From positions 107,510,001-107,574,000 of the forward strand of contig NW_024704742.1 in the NCBI RefSeq assembly GCF_018977255.1: a stretch of 64,000 bases of DNA, given 5' to 3'. This document shows, piece by piece, positions 53,010-64,000 of this stretch. The translations under genes were made by a program, and so were the position numbers. Under the pieces are notes generated by a model. The model did no database searches. It was given only the letters and a program-made list of their open reading frames with translations, and had not been told where the DNA came from. Position 1 is the first letter of the stretch. Each line of letters starts with the position of its first letter. The stretch comes from Callorhinchus milii. Taxonomy: Eukaryota.

Positions 53010-53395
53010 GAGTCTTGTAGCATATTGGTTAGAGCATTTGCCTCAGAAGCAAGAGGACCCAAGTTCAATTCCCGGGCAGGGAGGAACCTTAGGTAAGTTT
53101 CCTTACTCCACATGCCTCTGCTTACCAAGCAGTAAGTAGGAACCTGGTTGTTAGTCAAATGACAAATGTTTTTCCAGGACTAATAGTCCCTTAAAATAAT
53201 TTTTGAAATAAACAAATAAATAAACACACAAATAAACAAATAAATAAATAAATACATTGGTCACATAATCCACGACTGTTTGTGGCACACTGTGTGTGCA
53301 ATTGGCTGCCATGTATCACCCTCTGTGAAGCGCTTTGAGATGTCTCAACGACGTGACAAGGCCCTATGTCCAAATGCAAGGATTATTATTATTAT
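53010..53395 (+). mobile_element. tRNA/CORE SINE, long subfamily
   Basis: Head GAGTCTTGTAGCATATTGGTTAGAGC, CORE, internal AGCAGTAAGTAGGAACC block and tail. Confidence 0.8.
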
Positions 53396-54097
53396 AGGAT
53401 TATAGTGGTGAAGGGTCATTTCTTGATCTTCCAGTCACTAATTTCTTTGATCAGCTATTGGCTGTGAGACCATACCTCACTGACTGTGTAAGGAACAGAA
53501 GAAATCCATCCAGCCAATTATCCCCAAATTCCTCCCACTGGTTGAAATAATCAGTCATGTAACCTCGCCTTGTCAACTCATCCTTCCACTGTACAATGAG
53601 CTCCCTGTCATGCCTCGCTACCACTGCCTAGCCCTTTTATCAAAACCCTGTCATCATCCGGCATCTGTGAGAAAGTCTGCTCCTCCCCTGAACGGTCCAC
53701 AGAATTAAACAATTAAATTTTTATTGAAACATATTCAAATGGAGGATGTGTTTCAGCCATGGATTAAATAGTTGCTGAGACTTAAAAAGCGTTCTCGTTT
53801 CAATAGAATATTTACCAATTTAAAAGCAGGCTTTCATGAAATACTTTTAATGGGTTAAACAATCTCATGCAATTCAAAAGAGCTATTTGTAAAAGAGTCT
53901 TCAATGTCAGAGGCAATACATGTTAATAAACAAAATTGATACACTACTCTGAATGCCTTCCTTAAGGACAGAAATCCTCTCTGCTTTGCTACATGTGTTC
54001 TGCACAAGGCAAAGTAGCAATGTAACAGAACCTTTTATGTTCTGTCAAGGAAAACGTTTAGTTTGTGTGCCTTTTAATGCAATGCATAAGTTAAATA

Positions 54098-55240
54098 CAA
54101 CAACAACAATAAGATTCCATTTATAGAGCGCCTTTCACGTCGGGAGGACGTCCCAAGGCGCTGTACAGTTGGGTCAAGACCCGAGCAGGGGGGAAATGGT
54201 CAGGGTGAGGGGAGGGAAGGGAGGGAGCGAGGAGGGGGTAGAGAGTCGAGAGGGGAGCTGAAGGCACGGTCAAAGAGAAAGGTCTTGAGACCGGCCTTGA
54301 AGGAGGAAAGGGAGGAGGCGGCGAAGGCACTGGGGGATAGAGTTCCAGAGCCTCGGGGCTGAGAGGCTGAAGGCCCGGCCACCGATGGTAGGGCGGTTGG
54401 GGCGGGGGATGTGGAGCAGACCGGAGCCAGAGGAACGGAGGGTACGGGCAGGTAAGTAGGGGGATAGTAGGTCGGAGAGGTAGGAGGGAGCGAGGCCGTG
54501 AATGGCCTTGTAGGTGAGGATGAGGATCTTGAATTCGATCCTCTGGGGGATGGGGAGCCAGTGGAGGCGAGCGAGGGTGGGAGTGATGTGGTCCCGAAGC
54601 CTGGTGCGGGACAGTACACGAGCTGCAGAGTTCTGAATGACCTGCAGCTTGTGGAGGGAGGTGCCGGGAAGGCCGGCGAGGAGAGAGTTCCCATAGTCCA
54701 GCCTTGAGGTGATAAAGGCATGGACCAGAGTTTCAGCAGCGTGAGGGGTGAGGTAGTGCCGTAGTCTGGCGATATTCCGGAGGTGATGGAAGGCGGTGCC
54801 AGTTGTGGTGCGGATATGAGGGAGAAAGGACAGCTCAGGGTCGAACAGAACGCCGAGGTTCCTGACTGGCTTTGAGAGGTGGAGAGTGCAGCCTTGGATG
54901 CTGATGCCGTCAGCGCCTGAGGTGCGGAGGCGCTGACGTGAGCCAATCAGGAGGGCCTCAGTTTTACACACGTTGAGCTGAAGAAAGTTGTCTCTCGTCC
55001 AGGACTCGATGTCGGACAGACAGGCTGTCAGGACATCGGTGGTCATGGAGTTGAGGGTAGAGGAGGAAAGGTAGAGTTGGGTGTCATCCGCATACATGTG
55101 GAAGTTAACCCCATGTCTGTGGATGATGTCACCAGGGGGAGCGTATAGAGGGTGAAGAGGAGGGGAGGAGGGGACCGAGGACAGAGCCCTGAGGGACACC
55201 GCACGAGACAGTGCGGGGCTGGAGGAAAAACCATTTGTTT
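54098..55240 (-). mobile_element. Young 5'-truncated L2 LINE (RT C-terminal half plus 3' UTR)
   Basis: GVPQGSVLGP, HMYADDTQLYLS, NFLQLNVCKTE, VRNLGVLFD, HAFITSRLDYGNSLL, HITPTLARLHWLP. Few frameshifts, CpG-rich, with stem-loop and TTG tail. Confidence 0.95.
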
Positions 55241-55744
55241 CATATGTTGAAGTGGGTGTCAGAACTCAACTAATCATCACCTCTGATCGAAAACTTGAAT
55301 GATACTGAATTCCACTTAATTATTGATAAGAAAATACTTCCTTTAAATCGCTAGAAATTGAAAATAGTAAACTATTTTCTAAGTACGACTCCCACGTTCA
55401 TTAATATTAATGGAATAATTTTAGGTTAACTCAGGTTCTGCATTATAAGACGTTTTACAATGTACGACTACTACTTTCAAGTTCTCCAAGACTCTATCTA
55501 ACTCTATATAAATGCAAGTTGTTTTTGAGTTAAAATTACTGTCTTCTTCTATAGAGCACATTTCTGTTACTGTATTTCAGATTCACAAAAATTGAAGCAA
55601 ATTAGAAGAAGCACTTTTTTTTATTTTTTGAAAGGATTATTATCCTAGGAAAAGTGATTCGCCAGTTGCCTAACAATCGGGTTCCTACTTACTGCTAGGT
55701 AAACAGAGGCGTGTAGAGTAAGGAAACTTGCCTAACGTTTAAGA

Positions 55745-56690
55745 TCAATAGCAAGCCGATATAGTGGGTTAATCGCAACACTGTATAAATTATTGGTGAG
55801 ACCGTACTTAGAGTACTATGTTCAGTTCTGGTCACTGCAGTACAAAAAAGTGGAGTCCTGTAGCTCAGTGGTTGAGCACTCGCTTTGCAAGTGAGAGACC
55901 TGAGTTCAATTCCAGGCAGGTCAGGGCGAAACCTTGGGCAAGTTTCCTTACTCCACACAGAGCCTAATAATAATCCCTCCAAAACCAAAAACAATAATAA
56001 ATTGGTCATTTTCAATCTACGACTGTTTGTGGGACATTGCTGTGCGCAATTGGCTGCCGCGTTCGCCCACAAATATACAGTCAATTCACTTTACGGTGTG
56101 TTCTGTGAAGCGCTTTGGGACGTCCTCCCGACGTGAAAAGCGCTATATCAAATGCAAGGATTATTATTATTTATTATTATTATTATGGATGAAATCAAGA
56201 GGATACAGAGGAGGGCAATCAGAATGACTGAGGGAATGGAAGGACTGGATTATGAGGAGCGACTAAGTAAATTGGGCATGTGCACACTGGAAAAGAGAAG
56301 ATTGAGAGGCAATATGATTGCTGTCTTTAAGATTCGAAAGGGGCCAGACAATATACATCATGACAGGCAGCAATATCAATAGATCAACTTGTCCAGAATA
56401 GCAAAACCAGAGCACACGGCCTGCGATTGAGGGGGGGAAATTCAGAACGAATCTACGGAACACTATTTCAGCGAGCGAATAGTGATCCTGTGGAACAGAC
56501 TCCCTAGGGAGACTTTTGAAGTGGGAAATATTGATTTCCTCAAACACAGATTAGATAGTTTTCTTTTAGGAAATAACATCATGGGATATAGTACATAGGT
56601 AGTTTGGGACTTATGTGACCGCCAGGAAGGTGCAAAGCAAACTAGATAGACTTGGTCGTTTATTCATCTAGCATTTCTTATGTTCTTAAT
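55745..56690 (+). mobile_element. CR1 LINE fragment split by a SINE
   Basis: LYKLLVRPYLEYYVQFWS lies before the SINE and IQRRAIRMTEGMEGLDYEERLSKLGMCTLEKRRLRG after it. Confidence 0.85.
55852..56186 (+). mobile_element. Young full-length tRNA/CORE SINE nested in CR1
   Basis: Near-identical to 39068-39385. Confidence 0.92.
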
Positions 56691-56902
56691 TTTAAGGAGG
56701 ACATTCAGGTCACAGGACATGCAAATGTTAATTTAAACTTTGTGTCCTTTGTGCCATTGACAAAAGTTAAGTATTATTTCAAAACATTTTGTAAATGCCC
56801 TATTTTTAAATGACATTGTTGCTTCTGAAAACTGCAATGCTTATTCCCTGTTACACCAATCTGAAATCCAACATTAGGTTAATTAAATTGCTTGTTGGGC
56901 AG

Positions 56903-56986
56903 TTCCTGACCCAACTGTCCAGCGCCTTGGGACGTCCTCCAGACGTGAAAGGCGCTCTATAAATGGAATCTTGTTGTTGTTGTTGT
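56903..56986 (+). mobile_element. Very short L2 3'-terminal insertion
   Basis: Matches ~201-286 (stem-loop plus TTG tail). Confidence 0.85.
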
Positions 56987-57288
56987 TTCCTTTGTTAACA
57001 GAGTTAATTAATCAGAGGAAATGGTATCGGCTTACAAACGGTGAAAGTTTGCAGTTTCTGACCCGCCCTACCCTACTCTTTGCCCCCACCATTTGGAATT
57101 CCTTCCCACAATCCCTCTGCCTCGCTCCCTGCTTAACATGAAAGGCATTTTACAAATGTCATTTTGTTGTTGTTGTTGAAGTGCTTAACTCTAAACAGTT
57201 CAGTTTGTTTCTTAATATTGTTTGGTTGATGCTACATATGAATGAGCAATTAGCAATGATTAGACAAGCCAGGACTCTTCAGTCCAAA

Positions 57289-57580
57289 CAAAATGCAAAA
57301 TACTGCAGATGCTGAAAATCTGAAACAAAAAACAGAAGTCGCTGGGAACACTCAGCAGGTCAGGCAGCATCTATGGAGAAGGGAAAGTGAGTCAGAAAGT
57401 CGTGGACCCGAAATGTTGACTGTCGTGCATGTCAACATGTCATGCAACAATGTCCTTCGTCAGAAGGGTTGTGGACCCGAAACATTCTGACGAAGGGTTG
57501 TGACCCGAAACGTTGACTCACTTTCCTTTTTCCATAGATGCTACCTGACCTGCTGAGTTTTCCCAGTGACTTCTGCTTTT
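57289..57580. mobile_element. Palindromic Penelope-like insertion with 14-bp TSD
   Basis: Inverted arms CAGAAGTCGCTGGGAACACTCAGCAGGTCAGGCAGCATCTATGG / CCATAGATGCTACCTGACCTGCTGAG. Flanks CTCTTCAGTCCAAA (57275-57288) and CTCTTCAGTCTAAA (57581-57594). Confidence 0.78.
57487..57514 (+). ncRNA. Minimal hammerhead-ribozyme-like core
   Basis: CTGACGA-A-GGGT-tgtg-ACCC-GAA-ACGT-T: conserved CUGANGA and GAAA boxes, a 4-bp stem II and palindromic ACGT. Confidence 0.55.
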
Positions 57581-58832
57581 CTCTTCAGTCTAAAGGTGTC
57601 TCAGAGGGATATACAAAGATATATAAAATTTTAAATGAGATTCAAAAAGTAAACCTATAATAATGCTTTACAATGCACCAAAATAGTGAAACAAGAAGCT
57701 ATAGATTGGAGTTGCAAAAGGCAATTTCAGGTCAGGTACCAGGAAGTTTTTCTTTACCCAAAAAATAATCAACGACTGGAGCAGGCTGTCAAGAAGGATG
57801 ATTGAGGCCAGGAGCTGGACTCATTTAAAACACAGTGTATTGATTTCACGGTGAATGTTTTTAAAGGATGAGATCAAATGGGGCAAAGGGCCTTTTTCAT
57901 CCAAACCAATCTTGTGATCTAGTGATCTTTACCTTAGCTTGTGGTCACAGATAGGGTAATAGCAGTTCAGGCTTTTAAAATAAACAGAGTAGTAGTAATA
58001 TATCTAAAACATAACAAGATGTATTTCTGGCACCTCCAGAGGCATTGTAAAGCCCCTGGCAACAATACTGTAAAGGCATTGCCTCAGGAGTTGGCAAACT
58101 GAGTTTTGATTTGTTGTTCACTGACCTGAACATACTTTCCCTGGGGATGGCATTGCTGACAGAATGAAAAATAGTGAACTTAAACCAATTGTGTGTGCAC
58201 CCTTCCTGTTTTGATGAGGAGAATTGACCCCAGAATATAAACCCACAAAGAATGAGAAATAATAGGCACACGACACAATACCTGTATCCACACTTCTCCC
58301 CTGAATTTATTACAAATGTACATGGTACAGAATGCCCATGTCACATTGTGGGATGAGTATACCATGTAAAGTTTGTACTTTATTGCATGTATTACTTTCT
58401 GTAACAAGGCATCAGTGTTGACATGGGGTTAGAAGTCTGGAGACAAGTATATAGCTTCTGGGTGTTATCTAACTCTCTTGTACAAATTACCATTACATCA
58501 TATCTTGGAAATGCATAGCAATTAACATTGAATATACTTAGCCTTGAATATTGTGCAGATGTTGACTACGTGCTATTCCTGCTAATTTGTGTAAACTATC
58601 TACTTTGTCTGGCAAGGAATTAATCGTATTGTCAATCCAGGAAATCTCATTAAATCAGAGCACGGCCACAAAATCTTCAGATGCCCTTTATCCAAACATG
58701 TTGCTCTTGCTTCTAAGAATGTCAACAAGTCTAAGGTAAAAGAATTACTTGCTGTCAGATATGGGATCCAAGTTCTAGTAACTGAGTATTGGGAGGATTA
58801 AAGACTGTGTAGGTTTGTTTAAAAAAAATGTA

Positions 58833-59240
58833 TAATAATAATCCTTGCTTTTGACATAACACCTTATCACATCATCGAGACATTCCAAAGCGCTTCAAAC
58901 AATGTATTGTGAAGTTTTGTGACTGTGTATTTTGTGTGAACATGACAGCCAATATGTATACAACAATGTCCCGCAAACAACCATGAAGTGAATAACCAAT
59001 TTTATAGGGGATTGTTGGCCAGGATACTGTACATTTTGAAAAGTACCATGGGATCTTTAACATCCACTTGGACAGACAGACAGGTCCTTGGTTTAAAGTC
59101 TCATCTGAAGGATGGCATCCTAACAATGCAGCACACCCCCAACACTTCACTGGAATGACAGCCTAGACTGCGTGGGTTCCAAGTCCCCATTTGAAGCTTG
59201 AACCCACAACCTTCTGACTCCGAGACCAGAGTGTTACCAT
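58833..59240 (-). mobile_element. Near full-length old Deu-domain SINE
   Basis: Reverse complement: GGTAACACTCTGG..GTCAGAAGGTTGTGGGTTCAAGC head, Deu core and tail. Confidence 0.8.
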
Positions 59241-59801
59241 CTTACACATATGACAAACCTCTTCTCACTGGGAAGTAAAACATAGACATATTGTTTAGTA
59301 AGCCAGTTAGTGACTGTGTAAATGGGAGCGGTCACGGGGGCTGGTGAGCCAAATCATTGAGTAGACCTGGGAACACCTGTATTATATTATCTTGAGCATT
59401 CAATGATAGGGGACGCTCTTGAGCCCTCACACCTGACCCCTCATGCAGTATGTCATGCAAATAGCTGCAACTGTTAGTAGTGACTCCAGAGTACCAACAC
59501 AGAATCCCAGCCCATCTGATAAGAAACATGACATACTTCTGTGCTTTTCATCCATATTTTATGACAAGCATTGAAGTCAGTAAAGTCAGGACCACAGCAA
59601 TTATATTGCTCTCCATGTGTGGGCCACACTCCAGTAACATCACCAAACCCACAAACAGTGTATGAATATATAATAGAAAGATATGTGCACATTAGGGATA
59701 TCAGAAAGAATAGACAATCAGCAAGTTAGTATTAAAGCAGATTAAAGGCTTCAGCAAATGAGTATTGCAAAGTCAAAGCGTCATCAGTTCTTATTCCACC
59801 C

Positions 59802-60045
59802 ATAACAACATTACATTTATAGAGTGCCTTTCATGTAGGGAGGACGTCCAAGGCGCTAGACAGGCAGGGGTCAGGACCTGAGCATGGGGGAGGAGTGGTA
59901 TAGGGGTGAGAGAAGGCAGAGATGTGGGAGGGCGACCGAAGGCACGATCGAAGAGGAGGGTCTTGAGACCGGCCTCGAAGGAGGCAAGGGAGGAAGTGAG
60001 GCAAAGGGACTGTGGGATGGACTTCCAGAGTGTGGTGGCAGAGAG
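59802..60045 (-). mobile_element. L2 LINE 3' fragment
   Basis: LWKSIPQSL..FEAGLKTLLFDRAF followed by the stem-loop terminus. Confidence 0.85.
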
Positions 60046-61580
60046 CACAGTTGGAACAATACAAATAACTGCCAAATGCAAATTATGCTAAATAACTGAA
60101 CTCAAACACCTCCAATTAAACCTTCATGCAATTACAGCAAGATCTTGTTTTCATCCTTAAAAGAAAGTTCCATTTAATTCATGGGGTAAACGTATACAGC
60201 CAACATAAATTATCTGTATTACTCTGTCTGCATTACAATGGCAGATAGACCCACTGTTCACTTAGAACAATATTCTACATGGGCATGTATGTTTTTTTAA
60301 GTAAGGGGAGAGTTTACAGTCTGTTACTTACAGACAGGAACTCCACACCAACTCTATCCAACAGTGTGGGACTGAAAGGAAAAACAAAGCATTCTTGTGT
60401 ATTTATAAAGGGTGGTCAACTAAAAAAATGAACTGTTTTAAGAGGCTAAATTGTCTGCAAAGAAAACTTCTGATTCTGTACTATTCTGTGTCTATCCCTA
60501 TTTTGCCCACAAAATATACAGTCAATTCACTTTGCAGTATATTTTGTAAAGCGCTTTGAGACATCTCGAAGACGTGATAAGGCTCTATATCAAATGCAAG
60601 GATTATTATTATACCATTGACAATTTCTATTCTGCTGTGAATAAAGTTGGCATACTTTATGAATAAAGTTGGCATATTTTTAGTTTTTGTTTCTAGTGCC
60701 ATAATAAACCACAATATCCATAATTTGTAGGGTGAACGTGTACGAATCCAGTGTGCAGAATAAATGATGTACTAACCCCTCTGGCTCACCCGCTGCAAAG
60801 GCAGAACATCATCTCACTTGCAAGGAATACGCATTCCGGGAAATGTTGCTTGTTTGTTTTGGGGGGTGAATGTACTGAAAGTCCCAAACGTTATTTCTCA
60901 CTGCAAAAGTGAGTTCATGATGGACAAGAATGTTATTGATAGCAAATGATTATATATCCATGTAAACAGAGATAGGCTCCAGCCTTCGGTGAAGAAGCAA
61001 TGATTCTTTAGCAATGACAAGTGACAGTGCCAAATGCAGTGGAACAGCAGACAGCTGTGGTCATTCAACAACCTCTGCGGTCCTCAGATGTGCATCCTGG
61101 GAGGTTCCAAATGATATTGATCCACAGCAGATTGTCATCATATTGCACCAACCAGTGGCAAATGGATTATTTTTTGTAACAGTGATTCAAACTGACAGTA
61201 TATTCCTGTGAATTAAACTGATCACCAATTTATTGCATTCAGATTTATTCTCAGTTTATTCCAAGTGTCAGACTCAATCACGTCCTAGTCAGATATAGCA
61301 TATACACTGAACCAAATGACCAAGGAGCCCCAAATAGTCATGCCATTTTCATTGCTGCAGAGTTTGTGTGCATTGTTTGTGTGCATGTGTGTGTGCATAG
61401 GTTTATGTGTGCGTGTGCATGAGTTTCTACGTGTGTGTGTATCTATGTGTGAATGAATTTGTATATGTGCAGCTCTGCACGTGTGAGCTTGTGCCAGTCT
61501 TCAGAGATGCTATTCTGTGTGAAGGGCGCTATAGCAACCAAGTTGTTATTGTTGTTTGTTATGGTGGTGGTGCATAAATC

Positions 61581-61877
61581 TAATAATAATAATCTTTGAA
61601 TTTGATATAGCGCTTTTCACATCTTCTAGACGTTTCAAAGCTCTTCACAGAATAGACTGTAAAGTGAATTGACTGTATATTTGTGGGCAAAATTCAGCAG
61701 CCAATTGCACACAACAGTGTCCCACAAACAGTCGTGGATTGAAGTGACCAATTTATTATTTTTTTTCTTGAGGGATTATTATCAGGCATGTGGAGTAAGG
61801 AAACTTGTCAGGTGGGCATCGAACCCAGGTCTCTCGCTTGCAAAGCGAGCGCTCTAACCACTGAGCTACAGGACTCC
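61581..61877 (-). mobile_element. tRNA/CORE SINE (short subfamily)
   Basis: GGAGTCCTGTAGCTCAGTGGTTAGAGCGCTCGC head through to the TTA tail. Confidence 0.88.
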
Positions 61878-62469
61878 GAATCTGCCTGAGGTGGAAGAAT
61901 ACTTAAAGGGAAACATAAAATCATACAATGCTGCAGCATAAAAACAGTCGATTTTGGCCATGTATCACTAATTGTCATATGTCAGTTTGGCTCAGTAGGT
62001 GACATGCTAAGAAGCCAGTTCCTAAATTTAAAAATCCTCCACAATTTTTCACCATCTTAAGTTTTAAGGCAATGATATTAAGGCTAAAAAGCATGAGAAA
62101 TTTTGAACCTCTGTAGGCATAGTCTATAGTCCAACTTCATGTGTTACTTCTTGTGCTTACATAGTGGTAAGTTCACTTCTTAAACATGAATCAGATCGAA
62201 TGGGCTAAACCTGGTGATCAGAAAGGTTTGCATTGGAGGTAACTTTGAGCCATCATGTTTGTAAATTTAATTTGAATGAAATGTTAAATGAACTTTATTG
62301 CTCCTTCTGCATGTTCCTCTTGTAATGCACCATTTTCTATCTGAGAGGAAGGACAAATGCTTCCAGACTCTTGATCCCAGTTGTAAGTGTGAGAACACTG
62401 AAGATCGCATTCAGGACGGGCACCAGGATGTATTTCTTTATGCAGAAAATAGTAATAGTAAAAATAAAA

Positions 62470-62800
62470 ATGCTTACATTTGGTTTAAGTCAGGAGGACA
62501 TTTCAAAGTGCTTCACAGTATTTATTGTAAAGTGCAGTGACTGTATTTTAATGAGTGAAACATGGCAGTCAATCTGTACACAGCAATATTCCACAAACAG
62601 CAATGAAGTACATTATCAGTTTTATTTGGGGGAATGTTGCACAGTGGGAAACTCCCATGCCTTTTTTGAACAGAGCCATGGGAGCCTTAACATCTACTTG
62701 TGAGTTCAAAACCCCAACATGGGGTTCAAAACCCCAACATAGGGTGAGCCACAACCTTCTGATTCACAGGTGTGAGTGCAATCAACTGAGCCAGGCTGAG
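62470..62800 (-). mobile_element. Old Deu-domain SINE, internally deleted
   Basis: Reverse complement: CAGCCTGGCTCAGTTGATTGCACTC head, partial Deu core and tail. Confidence 0.65.
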
Positions 62801-64000
62801 ACCTGCAAAAAGTAGGGAGTAGTTAAGTATGGATTAGTCTAAGCATCTCACATTCCAGTACTCCTCCTCACTGATGGGAGACAGGTCTGAGCTACATTCT
62901 ATGGCTACCTCTGGTGGTAAAGTCAAGACTGGAAACTCATTATATGAGGAATTATGACCGTATTGCAGCTCACCAAGACACTGTATTTCACTACACAGAT
63001 GTCCTGTGTCATCAGGGCCACGTGCTGCTTGTATAACCTTCAGTGCTCAAGCAGTTTGTTTCTGAATTAATTGCTTCTAGACGCAAAGTAGATGAGGCTA
63101 CTGCCTGACCTGATTTGTACTTGTCCTCTGCAGAGCTTCAAGTATCTGTGAAAAATCCATGGGAAATCAATGTTCCAACTTAGAGAAACAGTTGAAGTGA
63201 CTTTTGTGCATTGTACTGTGATGTTTATGTGCTGAGTTGCTCGTGGGAACCATTTTTATGTCCTAAATTCATTCTGACTGACTTGTCTGAACATTAAAAA
63301 AGGAACCAATGAGCTCTGAACAGCCACCAGTGTTACACGGGTAGGTATGACAAATCTTATTGTAGTGAAACTACTTAATCAAACTGACAGGACTGACACA
63401 ATGCTGCCATGCAATACCAGTCAAAATGATCACAGACTACTGGTTCAAACTGATATCTGCTTTGGTCTGTAATTTGTTAGTTCCTGCAATTAGAGAGGAC
63501 TATTTATTTTTTAATTATCTCAACAGATCAAGTCAACGGTTAGGATCCTGAGACATCGTGCCAAAAGTCTCTTCATTTACAGAAATCAATCTTTGAAAGG
63601 CTGTCCCCACAACTTGACTCCACTGTTGTTTCGTTTGCAGGAATAGAGTTTTGTTAGAGTTATTATAATAGGATAATTTTAATGGGAAACCAATCATTTA
63701 TTGTTTGTTTCCATGGAGTGTCATATCATGTAAATTACCGTATATATAGAGCACAACAACAATTTGTACTTATAAACTGCTTTTCATGTAAAGTGAACAT
63801 CTCAAAGGGCTTTACTGAAATTATGGAGATCACGGAATGGGGAGGAGAGAAAACAAAGTTTAAAGGTTTTGACTAAAGACAAGGTCAAGGAGGAAAGTTC
63901 TTGAGAGAGGTTTGAAGCCAGAGAGAGGAGCAAGGTGAAGCGATTTTGAGAGAGTTTCAATGAGATGTAGCACAGATGTAGCACAGATGTGGCACAGATG

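Noticed and set aside
53470..53700. Minus-strand exon-like open frame (VVARHDRELIVQW...)
   Set aside because: Poor acceptor and no family match. The plus strand loosely resembles decayed L2 RT sequence.
54270..55199. 309-aa ORF as a host gene
   Set aside because: It is L2 ORF2 (YADD RT), 5'-truncated and frameshifted. The overlapping 248-aa Ser/Pro-rich ORF is an alternate-frame artefact.
61014..61211. 65-aa ORF in unique sequence
   Set aside because: No recognisable domain or splice context, and the length is within chance expectation.
63962..64000. GATGTAGCACA tandem repeat
   Set aside because: About three copies of an 11-mer at the window edge, an ordinary minisatellite.

Overview
AT-rich, repeat-dense vertebrate DNA in which I could not find a credible host protein-coding exon; it reads as intergenic or deep intronic. 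The repeat set suggests a cartilaginous fish, possibly a chimaera such as elephant shark (inference from repeat families only). It includes tRNA-headed CORE-type SINEs, many old Deu-domain SINEs, two L2 LINE families, CR1 LINEs and Penelope-type palindromes. Every ORF I can recognise is transposon-derived: an L2 RT C-terminus (54098-55240, minus), a Tx1/L1-clade RT with an inverted 5' segment (5587-7190), CR1 ORF2 ends, and a Harbinger transposase relic missed by the ORF track (26149-26358). The most notable observations are four. (1) Two near-identical ~0.82-kb LTR-like elements lack clean TSDs, and one carries exactly 18 nt of TGG-initiated PBS-like sequence. (2) Two palindromic Penelope-like insertions have 14-17 bp TSDs, and one has a hammerhead-ribozyme core. 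(3) A young SINE subfamily shares its 3' stem-loop with the young L2, with a compensatory base-pair change. (4) A Tx1 element shows a twin-priming-type inversion. Boundaries of old repeats are approximate and all comparisons were made by eye.
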